A stretch of DNA of 64,000 bases. Source: Felis catus (Eukaryota). The notes beneath the pieces are model-generated. The model saw nothing but the letters and a program-made list of their open reading frames with translations. It made no database searches and was not told the DNA's origin. The stretch lies in assembly GCF_018350175.1 (NCBI RefSeq), contig NC_058383.1, forward strand, positions 29,824,001 through 29,888,000. The letters run 5' to 3'. The stretch's first letter is position 1; each line of letters opens with the position of its first letter. Shown in pieces: positions 11,915 to 23,786 of this stretch. The position numbers were made by a program, and so were the translations under genes.

Positions 11915-12374
11915 ATAGTATTACAGGCATGCATTTTTGGGGCTCTTATGCCTACACCATATCGCTCCCTCTTCACAAGATTCCTGGAGTGAAATGCTCG
12001 CTCAAAATTCTAGCAAACAGGGAACCAGTCACCATTCATGGTTTGGTTCAGATCCTAGTGAAAGCTATTATTGTAAAATTTGTTGGTAAAGGGGGTTGAT
12101 ACATGTGGCCTTAGATAAGAATCTATTGGGACCTCTTAACTTTGAAACCCCCAAATACCAGTACAGCAATCAGAGGAAGCTGTGAGAGCGTGTTCTAGGA
12201 TGTGTACAAAGGTAAAAGTAAAGGGCTCAAGATGACCGGACTTGCTTCTCTGTTGGATCTGGCTGCGTGGATGGACCTGGCAGGGGAAGAAGGACCTTGT
12301 CCACAGTCATCGTCCTGGAACCTGGAGTGTTCTGAGGTGAGTAGTCCCTTCTCTTGAGGATGACGGACAGGGGA

Positions 12375-13390
12375 TTCAATAAGATCTATTTGGAACTGTT
12401 ATTCTTGCTGTACATACTCTGCTGAGTTTTGTACTAAGATGATGGGCATACAGAGGTAAATAGTAATGAATCACCAATTTGTTTTTATGTGGATTTATTT
12501 ATTTTGAGAGAGAGAATGAGCAGGGGCGGGGCAGAGAGAGAGAAAGAGAGAGGGGACAGAGGATCCAAAACGGGCTCTGTGCTGACCATAGAGAGCCCGA
12601 TGCAGGGTTCAAACTCATGAACCGTGAGATCATGACCTGAGCTGAAGTCAGATGCTTAACTGACTGAGCTTCCTAGGTGCCCCTAGTCACCATTGGTTAA
12701 ATGCTCACAGTCATATAGCAGAGGTGAACCTGTAAACAGTAAGTTACAAGGCTTTATGACAAAATAATAATAAGGGAAAGAATAAGAATACCCATAACCT
12801 ATGAAGTACTCATGCATTAGTACTATGCTAAGTACTTTGTAAGTGTATACATGTCATGGAGGTACACAGAGAAGGGAATGATTGGCTTTGTCAGGACAGG
12901 ACTTCTGGAGCAGGTGACACTTAACGCTGCAGTGTAAGAAAAAGAGGTAAGGGACATTCCAGACAAGCAAAACAGTGTGCATGTGGAATGACACAGGCCT
13001 GAAACATCCATTGCCCAGGGGAGATCTCTAAGCATCTTGGGATGTCCAAAACGTACTGGGAGGACAGAGCGGGCGCAAAGTGAATTTGCGAACACATTGC
13101 GGTGACATTGGACTTTTTATGCAAGGACAAGAACCTTGGAGAGAAAGGATTGAGTGAGGTCTCTGTAGAGATCGTTCTGGCTCCCTTCGGGGAAATGGCC
13201 AGAGGAAACGAGACCAGACGTGGGAGCCAGACAGGAGTCAGCGAGGGTCTGGATGAAGTGGATGTGATCATTTAGGGTGGAGAATGCCTTGAAAAATAGG
13301 GGAGTAGAACTCGCGACAGGGGGGCTAATTGGATGTGACGACTGAGGGAGAGCAAGGAAGTGATGATGACATCATGTTTTATGTATTTAG
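12375..13390 (-). mobile_element. L2 fragments split by a SINE
   Basis: ttcaataagatctattt...ggagcaggtgacactt...ggacattccagacaagcaaaacag. Confidence 0.6.
12482..12683 (-). mobile_element. CAN-SINE
   Basis: Antisense: tttatttattttgagaga...gagatcatgacctgagctgaagtc...ggtgcccc. Confidence 0.93.
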
Positions 13391-13674
13391 TGGTGGTCTT
13401 AGCGCGAAAAAGGCTGGAGTCAGAAGCAAGCTGCAGGCCGGCTGCCAATTTCTACCGGAGCTCTTTGGTTGGGATCACAAAGAACTGTCCTTCTGATTTT
13501 TTTATTGTGATAAAATGCACATAAAGTTTATTATCCTAACCATTTTAAGTCAACAGTGAAGAATACAGTGTACAAGGGTATTAAGTGGTAGTAAGTACAT
13601 TCATTTTGTTGCACAACAGTCAGTACCATCCATCCCTAGAACTCTCTTCACCTTGTTAAATCTGAGAGTCCAAT

Positions 13675-14105
13675 GGGGTACCTGGGTGGCTCAATCGGTT
13701 AAGTGTTGGATTTTGGCTTCCGGTCATGATCTCACATGCCGTGAGTTTTGAGTCCCACATCGGCTCCAGGTTGATGGTGCAGAGCCTCCTTGAGATAACT
13801 CTCTCATCCTCTCTCTCTCATTCACTTTTATGCTCTCTTTTTCTCTCAAAATAAATAAACTTTAAAATTTTAAATATTTATTTATTTTTGAGAGAGAGAG
13901 AGCATAAGCAAGGGAGGGGTAGAGAGAGGGAGACACAGAATCTGAAGCAGGCTCCAGGCTCCGAGCTGTCAGCACAGAGCCCGATGCAGGGCTTGAACCC
14001 ATGGGCCACAAGATCATGACCTGAGCTGAAGTCAGACACTCACCAACTGAGCCACCCAGGAGCTCCTAAGTAAAGAAACTTAAAAAAGAAAAAACTAAAA
14101 AGAAA
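13675..14105 (+). mobile_element. CAN-SINE whose tail is interrupted by an antisense SINE
   Basis: Head at 13675; tail resumes at about 14068-14105; degenerate TSD ctgagagtc/ctgagtgtc. Confidence 0.9.
13861..14066 (-). mobile_element. CAN-SINE nested in a SINE tail
   Basis: Full antisense copy; flanks aaataaataaactt / aagtaaagaaactt. Confidence 0.93.
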
Positions 14106-14674
14106 ACTGAGTGTCTGCCCCCATTACACATTAACCCCCCATTCTCCCACCCCCTTGTCCCGGGCAACCACTGGTCTACTTCCTGTCTCTTCGAATTGGA
14201 CTACTCCAAGTACCTCATCTAAGTGGAATCACATGGTGTTGGTCTTTTGGTAACTGGCTTATTTCACTGAGTATAAGGTCCTCATCGTGTCATCCATATT
14301 GTAGCAGGTGACAGAATTCCTTTCCCTTTTAAGACTGAACAATAATTCATTGCAGGTACGTGCCACATGTTGCCCATTCATTCATTTGTCAGTGGTCCCT
14401 TGGGTTGCTTCCACGGTTTGGCTCTTGTGACTAATGCTGCTGGGAACATGGCTGCACACACATCTCTTTGAGATCCTGCATTCAGTTCTTTTGGGTGTAT
14501 ACACAGAAGGGAGATTGCTGGGTCATCTGGTAACTCTGTCTTTAATTTCTGGGGAACTGCCGAACTGTTTGCCACAGTACTACCAACAGGGCACAAAGGG
14601 TTTCAATTTCTCTACGTCTTTGTCTACACTTGCTATTTTCTTTCTCTCTCTGTTTCACTTTCTTTCTCCCTTTC

Positions 14675-14877
14675 TTTTTTTTTTTAATGTTTATTTATTT
14701 TTGAGACAGACACAGAGTATGAATGGGGGAGGGTCAGGGAGAGAGGGAGACACAGAATCGGAAGCAGGTTCCGAGCCGTCAGCACGGAGCCCAACACGGG
14801 GCTCGAACCCATGAACCGTGAGATCGTGACCTGAGTTGAAGTCGGACGCTTAACCGACTGAGCCACCCAGGCACCCC
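14675..14877 (-). mobile_element. CAN-SINE
   Basis: Full antisense copy ending gagccacccaggcacccc. Confidence 0.95.
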
Positions 14878-15029
14878 ATTCATTTTTATTCTTTTTAAGT
14901 TAAACAATTAACATTCCTAGTGGTGAGGCTTCAGAAAGGGAGGTGGGCAGAGGTCGTTGCTGTGGTTGTAAGACCTGACCACTTGCCCGGAGATCTTACA
15001 TTCTGCAGTGGTTCCTACTCCCCTCATGC

Positions 15030-15380
15030 GATGGTGACCTGGTTCAGGTTGCTATAACAAAACTACCATAAACTGGGTGGCTTAGACAATGAAGGTTTAC
15101 TTCTCACAGTTAGGAGGCAGGAAGTCCAAGATCAAGGTGCCAAGTGACGCAGCCTCTGGTGAGGGCCCACTCCTGACTCCTGGACAAACGTCTCACTGCA
15201 TCCTCTAAAGGCGTAGAGTTCTAGGCCCCTTACAAGGCCCCAACCCCATAGGGCCTCCACCCCCAGGACCTCCTCTAAACCTCATTACTTCCCCAGGGCC
15301 TCACCTCCCAATGCCATCACCTTGGGGATTAGTTTTCAACGCATACATCTGGGGAGGACAGACGGATTCAGCTCACAGAG
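15030..15380 (-). mobile_element. MLT1A-like solo LTR
   Basis: tgctataacaaaactaccataaactgggtggctta...gaagtccaagatcaaggtgcc...catcaccttggggattag. Confidence 0.88.
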
Positions 15381-16257
15381 GATGGCTTTGTTGCCCTGTG
15401 CTTTGTCTTGTCTTTCACTGAGCCGTCACCTGAGAACAAGTGACAATTTTGATCTTGTATGCAAGGAACACACTGGACATTTTGAGCACGTTTTTACTTC
15501 CCCTCTTAGGCGGGAACTTTCATACAGGATAGTTGCTAGTCAGTTGCAAGATAGAGAGATTAGGTTGCAGCCACAGAGGCCACGGTAAGAGCCAAATCAC
15601 CCTAGCTCAGGTGGCCAGAAGCGCTTGGAAAAAGAGAAAAATCAGCATTGTGTTAACCTGGGTGCTCCGAGTGATTATCCTGGTGAAACATTTGTGAGGC
15701 ATGTAATGAAATGAGTATTGCAGATACTGTCAAATTCCCCAGGAAGAGGAGAGGGAAAATATTTCGAGCACAGAGGTTTTCATTTATTTCCATGTGAGGG
15801 GAGAGGATAGAAGTTCATTTTGTGATTTTTTTTTTTCCCTTGACCTCCTATGGAGCAGTGCTCAGAATACACATCAGGAAATCTCAACAATTCCTATTCT
15901 TTATGTAATTCCATGGGAAGATATTACAGTGATCTGCCGTAAATGCTCTGAAAATTGAGTGATGAACTACAAAGATGCTGTAAGCACGGTCTTCCTTTGG
16001 ATGTCCAGTGGGTTCTGAGAAGCTTAGCTTTTGAAATTGGCACAATAAGTCTGTGAGATGGCTCCTTTTAGTTGTGTCCTCTGACAATAACACTATAATA
16101 CTAACTCGCCCCAGGAGTGAAGATTATCTTTTATTTTTGGTGGTGAATAGAGAAGGTCACGTTTTGCTTTCCGGTAGGCTTTCCATCTACCTCTATGTGA
16201 TAGAAACCCCTTTGATTCTTCCAGTAACATGGGGGATTTTAATCTTTCCAAACTTAT

Positions 16258-16460
16258 TTGGGTTTTGGAGTCAGGCAAACCGTGTTCGTATCTCGGTTCT
16301 GCCATTTATTGGCCATGTAAACTTTGTCAGAAAACTTATCTGAGCCCTAGTTTTCCTACCTATAAAATGGGGACAATATCTATCTCATACGGATGGCATA
16401 GATTAATATAAACGGATTGGTGCCGTAGATGGCACAGAGGACATAGTAAATGTTGGCTAT
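16258..16460 (+). mobile_element. MIR SINE
   Basis: tttggagtcagg...ttttcctacctataaaatgggga...taaatgttggctat. Confidence 0.8.
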
Positions 16461-16954
16461 GAATTTGACTCTGACGCTAGGTTCTTTAAAAGGGGAAACA
16501 GACATACATGTTGGATGTAGAGGTTAAAGAAGACATGATCGAAGAAGGATGTCCCAGCACCTACCTTCCATCCTTACCTCAGTCTATGGCCTAATAAAAA
16601 GTATCCCCCCCAGGCTCCTCCCAACAGAATCCATTCTTTCCTGCCCATGTCCCCCAAGGTCATTACTGAAGAGCTAGGGATTATTTTGTACAAGCTTAAT
16701 CCCTCCTAAGACCACTTATTATAAGCTCAATGTCTAATTTTTTTTTTTTTTTGTCTCAATTGCTTTTTCTTAGGGACAAAAGTCATTAGCATCTGGAACT
16801 AAAGGTGTACTGATAGCGGTCAGTATAGCATTGCTACTTTGCTTTGACTTTTATTGACATAGGACTTGCAATTCATCATAAGACTTGACTTTTCCTCCTC
16901 TGTCTCCATCCTCCTTGGTATAATACTTACAACAGAACTTTAAGAGATTCCTCC

Positions 16955-17120
16955 TTTTTTCAAAAAAAAAATGTTTATTTGAGAGAGAGTGAGTTCAGGG
17001 GCGTGCAGAGAGAGAGGGATGCAGAAAATCTGAAGCATGCTGGCCTTGAACTCATGAACCATGAGATCATGACCTGAGCCAAAGTTGAATGCTTGACCAA
17101 CTGAGCCACCCAGGAGCCCC
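16955..17120 (-). mobile_element. CAN-SINE with internal deletion
   Basis: Antisense copy lacking its middle segment after tgaagca. Confidence 0.9.
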
Positions 17121-17133
17121 AAGAGATTCCTTC

Positions 17134-17370
17134 TTTTTTTTTTTTTTTTTTTTAATTTTTTTTTTCAACGTTTTTATTTATTTTTGGGACAGAGAGAGAC
17201 AGAGCATGAACGGGGGAGGGGCAGAGAGAGAGGGAGACACAGAATCGTAAACAGGCTCCAGGCTCCGAGCCATCAGCCCAGAGCCTGATGCGGGGCTCGA
17301 ACTCACGGACCACGAGATCGTGACCTGGCTGAAGTCGGGCGCTTAACCGACTGCGCCACCCAGGCGCCCC
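17134..17370 (-). mobile_element. Young felid CAN-SINE (SINEC_Fc)
   Basis: cttaaccgactgcgccacccaggcgcccc; long T run; TSD aagagattccttct. Confidence 0.98.
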
Positions 17371-17902
17371 TAAGAGATTCCTTCTTTAGCAGATGTTCAC
17401 ACAAAGTCAGAAGACTGTTTTGGAGCCGCTTGACTTGTCCTTTGAAAGGCTCTACTCCTTTCTTTCCAACTATAAATGGCTGAATTAGTGGGTGGGTGGG
17501 TGGGGGTCTGGGATAGGAGGTGGACCTTTTAAATTTGGCTTTAGCTCTGTATTAAACTATCATGACTTAACTACATAATTAACATCTGAAATCATGAACA
17601 TCAATCCGGCAAATATTTATTGAGAACTAGCATGTGTAAGGCTCAATGGAAGACACAACTGAGGCCAGACAGGTGTGTGAGAAAGAGCCCCCTGACTGCA
17701 AGAATATTAAAATGTCTTGGGAGGACAGGTGTGGTTGAGAAAGAAGCCCACAACTGGAGATGAGGGTCATGAAACCCCAAGCACAGTTGGGTACTCTTTG
17801 ACTCTGGAATGTAGGGGAATTCTGAGAAAGTCTATCACCTTTAGTGTTTTCACTGGAGGTATGTTCGCTTTTGTGTAGAGCTCCAGACTTTCTACCCAGC
17901 AC

Positions 17903-18545
17903 ATTATCAAGGTAAGATTTACATAAAATAAAAAAAAAGCACCAATCTTAAATGTGCCACTTGTTAATTTTTACATTTGTATGTACCTAAGTCCCATATA
18001 GATAAAATCTTGATCTTCAGATCAAGATGCCGCATGCTTCCCCCACTCCAGAAAGTTCCTTCGTGCCCCTTTCCTGTCCGTTCCCCTCTCCGGGGGTAGC
18101 CCGTATTCTGACTTCAATCACCACAGATTAGTTTACACTATTCTCGAACGTTTTACAAAGTGAATGCTACAGTGTCACCCCTATTTTTTTTTTTCCAGTC
18201 AGCATCATGGTAGTGAAATCCATCCATCTGGTTGTCTGTGTCGCTAGTTCTCTGTTGTTACTGAGTAGCATTTCATTCATTTAGCTATTTACCTTTTGGC
18301 GGACTTTTAAATTGTTGGTAGTTTTCATCTGTTATGAATTAAGTGGCTAGAACGTTCGTGTACAAGTGTTGGTGCAGACATAAGCATTCGCTTCTCTTGA
18401 ATCGAGTCCCTTGAATGGCTGGGCCATAGGATATGTGTGAGCATAGCTGGGGCCTATAGGCAAACTCTTTGGCAAAGCAGTGCATCTATTTTATATTGCC
18501 ACCAACGATAGGTGAGGGTCTCCGCTGCTCTTTGTCAGGCATTTT
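17903..18545 (-). mobile_element. Old L1 (L1MD/ME-like) 3' region
   Basis: cagatcaagat...ccagaaagttccttcgtgccccttt...tattctgactt...cacagattagttt. Confidence 0.75.
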
Positions 18546-18559
18546 GATGTTCTCTGAGG

Positions 18560-18760
18560 GCAGAGAGACCCTGGTTTAGATTCAAGGTCTGCCCCTTGGT
18601 AGCTGTGTGATCCTGAGATGGTTACTTATCTCTGTCTATAGGCTGGGAATAGTAACCACCTCTTACACTGTAACAAGAGTTACTTGTAAAGATTGGAAAC
18701 TATGTATATTAAACTGTTATAGTAAATACTCCAGTATATGGTAATAATAATAACAATTAT
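18560..18760 (+). mobile_element. MIR SINE
   Basis: cctggtttaga...tctgcc...tagctgtgtga...gttactta. Confidence 0.6.
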
Positions 18761-19087
18761 TATCTACATAGTCTCATCTTGTCCAGTTGTTTTAAAGCTG
18801 TGTTTTCCAAGAGGTGACAGAGGCTGGTACCCAACATTTACCTTAAGTATTACATAGACACAGTATTATGTAATCCTGGATCACATAGTGGAAATGTATT
18901 TCTATTCCAATCTTCTTTAATCCCAATTATATCAAATGAAGAGTTGCAGTTCTGTGTTAGATTGATTTAACACCTCTCCACCACTTGGTAACCTTCCTTT
19001 TTAACAATGACAGACCAGGATACAAGCTCTGAGTCTTAAGCAGGGAGCAGTATCTAGAAAGAATTCCATGCTGTTGTGGTCCTCCTC

Positions 19088-19325
19088 CTTTTTAAATTTT
19101 TATTGTTTTTTAAAAAGTTTTTTTCATGTTTATTTTTGAGAGAGACAGAGACATAGTGCACGTGGGGTAGAAACAGAGAGAGAGAGGGAGACACTGAATC
19201 CAAAGCAGGCTCCAGGCTCTGAGCTGTCCCTATAGAGCCCGACGCAGAGCTCAAACCCACGGTCTGTGAGATCAGGACCTGAGTTGCCGTGGACCCTTGA
19301 CTGACTGAGCCCACCCAGGAACCCC
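19088..19325 (-). mobile_element. CAN-SINE
   Basis: Antisense copy (gcaggctccaggctctgagctgtc). Confidence 0.92.
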
Positions 19326-19367
19326 ATTACTGTTTTTATAATTGATGGCATGAGATCTGTTCAATGT

Positions 19368-19566
19368 TTTAAAATTTTTTTTAATGTTTATTTTTGAGAG
19401 AGAGGTGAGTGGGGGAGGGGCAGAGAGAGGGAGGTAGAATCCGAAGCAGGCTCCAGGCTCTGAGCTGTCAGCACAGAGCCCGATGTGGGGCTTGAACCCA
19501 CAGACCACGAGATCATGACCAACGCCGAAGTCGGACGCTTAATTGACTGAGCCACCCAGGCGCCCC
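19368..19566 (-). mobile_element. CAN-SINE
   Basis: Antisense copy ending gagccacccaggcgcccc. Confidence 0.95.
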
Positions 19567-20049
19567 GGTATATTCAATATTTTAATAAATTATTGAAATC
19601 TGAAAAGTGAGTTGTCTGAAAGAAAAGAATGTTACGAAAAGAATTTTACAGTAGGAACCCAGCTAGGACAAAAATCATGAATATAGTTTCTGTATGACTT
19701 GAAATTTGGAAAATATCTGACAGATATTTTAAACCCTCACTTACAAATGACAAAACAAAGGCGTTCATAGTGTATTAATCAAATGCTTACATACTGAGAT
19801 CTGATTCTGACATCTAAGGTCATGAAGCAAATCATAAGCTTAATTTTGAGATCTGATCAGCACCGGTCCTCTGCCTGCTGACCCATTCATTTCAAGGTGG
19901 AGTCCTAAAGATAACTGGATGTCCTTCTCCCCACTAATTATACAGCTGATACATGCTTGTGGATGAAAAAAAGTGTGCATGTTAACACAAAGAGAAAAGA
20001 GTTCACCTCAAATCCCACCACCTTTGCTTACATTTTGCCATTTTTGTTC

Positions 20050-20240
20050 TTCTGTCCATCATTTACTCATCCATCCATCCATCTTATCACTAATTTACTC
20101 ATTCATGTATTCACTGAGAAATCATCCATTTACTTTAGAAATACTGACGAGCCGTCTAATATGCATGAGACACTGTTTTACATGCTGAGACTACAGAGGT
20201 GTGCCACACAGAAAAAGCATCCTTGCTCTTGAAATGCTTT
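20050..20240 (-). mobile_element. L2 3' end
   Basis: catc/cattca-type tail followed by tatgcatgagacactgtt... Confidence 0.5.
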
Positions 20241-20299
20241 CTATCTCCTTCTTTTTCTATGCATATATACATGGAAAAGTTGTTTTGTTTTTATTTTAA

Positions 20300-20511
20300 T
20301 TTTTTTTTCAACGTTTATTTATTTTTGGGACAGAGAGAGACAGAGCATGAATGGGGGAGGGGCAGAGAGAGCGGGAGACACAGAATCGGAAACAGGCTCC
20401 AGGCTCTGAGCCATCAGCCCAGAGCCTGATGCGGGGCTCGAACTCACGGACCGCGAGATCGTGACCTGGCTGAAGTCGGACGCTTAACCGACTGCGCCAC
20501 CCAGGCGCCCC
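20300..20511 (-). mobile_element. Young felid CAN-SINE inserted in the tail of an older SINE
   Basis: Near-consensus copy; 18-bp TSD gttttgtttttattttaa (20282-20299, 20512-20529). Confidence 0.98.
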
Positions 20512-20736
20512 GTTTTGTTTTTATTTTAAATGTTTATTTTTGAGAGCGCACGCGAGAGACAGAGTGGGAGTGGGGGAGGGGCAGGAAGAGAGAGACAGAG
20601 ACACAGAATCCACAGGAGGCTCCATGCCCCGAGCTGTCAGCACAGAGCCCGATACAGTGGCTCGAACCCACGAGCAGTGAGATCATGACCTGAGCCGAAG
20701 TCAGAGGCCTAACTGACCGAGCCACCCAGGCGCCCC
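20512..20736 (-). mobile_element. CAN-SINE (host of the young insertion)
   Basis: Antisense copy ending gagccacccaggcgcccc. Confidence 0.93.
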
Positions 20737-20994
20737 AAGGTGGTGGTGGTGGTTGTTTTTTCTTAAATAATACTTCTATAATGCAACGTCACTGCCTTAC
20801 CTACTTCTTGAATTAGTATATCGGAAATATCTTTCTGGGTCACTATGTGGATCATTATCATCCATTTGAATATCATTGGAGCACTTGAGTATAATTGCAC
20901 TGAAGTGGAATTATTGACAAGGTTGCCACTGTTGGACTTTGGGTTATTTCTGACCTTTTCAGTGCACCAAACTTTACCTGTCTGTTGGCCCTGG

Positions 20995-21180
20995 TGCCTC
21001 GTTCCAGTTCCACCATTGACAGTGTGTAAGGCTCTGGGCAGGCTGTTGTAACCTCTTGGAGACTTTGTGTCCTTGTCTGTTAAATGGGATCATTTAAAAG
21101 ACTCTATCTCCTACGTTTCTGCAAGAACCATCACTTGGTCTCTTGATGAGAATGTGGTAAGCACGCACTGGGTATTATTT
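20995..21180 (+). mobile_element. MIR SINE
   Basis: tgggcagg...taacctct...tctgttaaatggga. Confidence 0.55.
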
Positions 21181-21819
21181 GATCGTATTCACGCTGCTGA
21201 TGATGCCAATAATCGCACCTTCCTTGCCTGTTTATGACTTCTCTCTTAACGGCTCTACTGCATGGTTTGGGTCTGATTCAGGTCTATATCACCAGCCCTG
21301 ACTCCTTCTCGATGGGAAGTAGGAGCTCAGTAAATGTGATAATGGGTATGGGAAGAACGAATGATGGGACGAAAATGAAGTAAGAGGCATGTGATTATCA
21401 GCCAGGTCAACCGACCTGTATCCTGGGGCTGACTTCAGGCTCCCTGTGGCCGGGTGCCTGGTCAGCCCAACAACAAAGGAGCCAAGGTCGTGAGGTCACG
21501 TGCTTCTCTGTGCCAAGCTGATCCTCTCCTGGGGATCGCTTGGTGCAAACCACCCAGCGCACGCTGACACAGGCATGTGAGTGTGCATGGACCCATATTC
21601 CTCATCCTCGGGGCTCAGTTCTCCCTAAGAACACAAGAGGTCTGGGTCACTGGAGGTGGAGTTTTGTGAATGACACTGGGGGTGGTCAAGTGAGACCAGA
21701 GTGGGGCCAGCTTCAGCCTTTGGGAGAAAGGGGAAAGGGATGCCTGCGTCGACTTTCATGTTACTCACCGCATTCACCGTGGAGTGTTGGACACAGTGCT
21801 GCTCAGGCTGTAGGGCCCA

Positions 21820-21975
21820 GTAGAGTTGGGTTCAGGTTGTGGTTTTGGAAATTATGAGCTGTGCAACATGGGGAAAATAACTTCTCATGGTTTCTGTTTT
21901 CTTCTAAAACACAGATTCAAATGCCTCCTTGTTTGAGTTATTAAGGGAATTAAAGAGGGTAACATGTGTGAACAG
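21820..21975 (+). mobile_element. MIR SINE fragment
   Basis: tgggttca...agctgtgcaacatgggg...tctgttttct...gaattaaagagggtaacatgtgtgaa. Confidence 0.55.
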
Positions 21976-21977
21976 GG

Positions 21978-22191
21978 TTTCTTTCTTTACTTAAATTTTT
22001 ATTTATTTATTTTGAGAGCAAGAGAGTGGGGGAGGGGCAGAGACGGGCGAAGAGAGAGAGAAAATCCCATGCAGTCTCTGCCCTGTCAGCGGGACCCCCG
22101 GTGCGGTGCTTGAACTCACGAAGCGCGAGATCACGACCTGAGCCAAAACCAAGAGTCGGTCGCTCAACTGACTCAGCCACCTAGGTGCCCC
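21978..22191 (-). mobile_element. CAN-SINE
   Basis: Antisense copy; TSD tgtgaacagg. Confidence 0.93.
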
Positions 22192-22494
22192 TGTGAACAG
22201 GTTTAATGAACGGTTCCTGTTGTTTGAGTGATCTGAAGTTGGGGCAGAAGTTCAAAGGTACTATATACAGGGTATCCATTGACCTCCTCTCCCCTGGGAA
22301 TCAAGCATCACAGACTTTTCTTGATTAGATACTTCTCATGGATCCTGCCTTAAAATATGCTCCCCCAAAGTTCCCATCGGAACTTGTAGGTGTTGTGTCT
22401 TGTCCCCTTGGCCTCTGTCTTCCTACTAAAGGGAGTTATGAATTAATCCTTGTGAATGCAATAGCCTGTCTGAGTCTGGAATCTGGTCTAGATA

Positions 22495-22790
22495 CTTCTG
22501 CCTGAGCTCTGATAGGCACTTGGTACCCATATCTATCACAGTCCCTATTGCATCGTGCATGGAAGTCGGCCGAACCAGTCAGTAAGCTTCTTGAAGACAG
22601 GGACCACGCTTTGTCAAGCTCTGAATCTGCCACCCAGCATCATATAGGTGCTCAGTAAACACTAGTGGAGTTGATGCCCTGGGGTTCCATTTATTTCCCT
22701 AGTGGAATGTAAAGTCCTGGGAGGCAGGACCTTGTCTGCTTGTTCAGTGTGGCATCTCTGGTGCTTGGGGGGCTCTCAGAAGCTCCGGGT
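22495..22790 (+). mobile_element. Two L2 3'-end fragments
   Basis: gtaagcttcttgaagacagggacca...taggtgctcagtaaac; aatgtaaagtcctgggaggcaggaccttgtctgcttgttca. Confidence 0.75.
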
Positions 22791-23259
22791 AGAACAAACA
22801 AATGAGGCAGGGAGGAAGAGAGAGCTGGTAACCAGACTCACACAAGAAGGCACTAGCCCATGGCCAGATCTGTGAGCATCTTGTCTGATCAGCCTCTTGG
22901 TTGGCCCCGCTCCAGTGCCCCTGCCTTGATTGATCATCTCCTTTGCGATAAACAGGAAGGAAAATCATTATGGCATGAGCGCCTTGTCATTCCCCGTGCT
23001 CTGCCTGTGACAGATGTTCTCCACATACGAAGTCGTCAGTGGAAACCCAGAGGAAATGACTGCTCTCCAGACCTAACCTAGAGCAAGTTCATCATCACGT
23101 AGCTCGCCTAATTTCCACTTCTCAGCAGTCACCCTTTTCTTGCAGTGCTGGGGAGGAACGGGGTTTTGACTTCAAGACAGAGAGAGATGCCTCCTAATTG
23201 CTCTTTTTTTCATCTGCAAGATGTCCTGAAGACATACACGAGAGGGTCACCATCAAAAG

Positions 23260-23415
23260 GACAGGCATTTGGAGCTGCAGGAACTTGTAAATGCTTTTGG
23301 TGGGCGCGTGTGGAATGATTCAGCAAAGTTGGCAATACACATGTTCAAGTCCCGTGGAGACCTCAGTGTGTATCCTGGAGAGCTGTGTGCATTTGTGCAT
23401 AGGGATGCATGTATA
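23260..23415 (+). mobile_element. Old L1 fragment
   Basis: caggaact...tggtggg...ttggcaata...tatcctggaga...catgtatagg. Confidence 0.4.
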
Positions 23416-23550
23416 GGGTCTGCTGTCCTGAGAAAAGACTATTGGAGGGGGCAGGGTAGGATCAGGGAGACCAATTAGGAGGGTAACACAGTGATTTCCA
23501 CCAGGGAATGATGGTGGCCTGGCCCAGTATAGGAGCAGTGAGGGGCGGGG

Positions 23551-23667
23551 AGGACTGCTGTGTACAGTTGAGCAAGTTGGGCACTGTGTATGTAGATTTA
23601 TTTCCACTGCTGTGACAGGAACGGCACCCTCAGAGTTTTGCAGTGCACAAGTGTATGCGGCCATCCC
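23551..23667. mobile_element. MER91-like DNA element
   Basis: tacagttgagcaagttgggcactg...ggcaccctcagagttttgcagtgcacaa. Confidence 0.5.
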
Positions 23668-23687
23668 GTAAGAAGGAGGTGGATTCC

Positions 23688-23786
23688 AAAAGGCACGGAT
23701 TTTACTTTGCTCCATGCTCCGTCCCCAAGCCTTAGACAGTATCTGGCACAGAGTAGGTGCTCAATAAAATTGTGTTGCGTGAATGA
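23688..23786 (+). mobile_element. L2 3' end
   Basis: acagtatctggcacagagtaggtgctcaataaa...tgaatga. Confidence 0.75.

Larger units (their letters stand above)
13497..14640 (-). mobile_element. L1MB-type 3' region split by two SINEs
   Basis: ggcaaccactggtctacttcctgtctct...aagtggaatca...ctggcttatttcact...gggttgcttccac...attgctgggtcat; antisense translation resembles the ORF2 C-terminus (LPDDPAISLLCIHPKEL). Confidence 0.9.

Noticed and set aside
12240..12345. Strong donor gag|gtgagt at about 12338
   Set aside because: No convincing upstream acceptor or recognisable coding frame.
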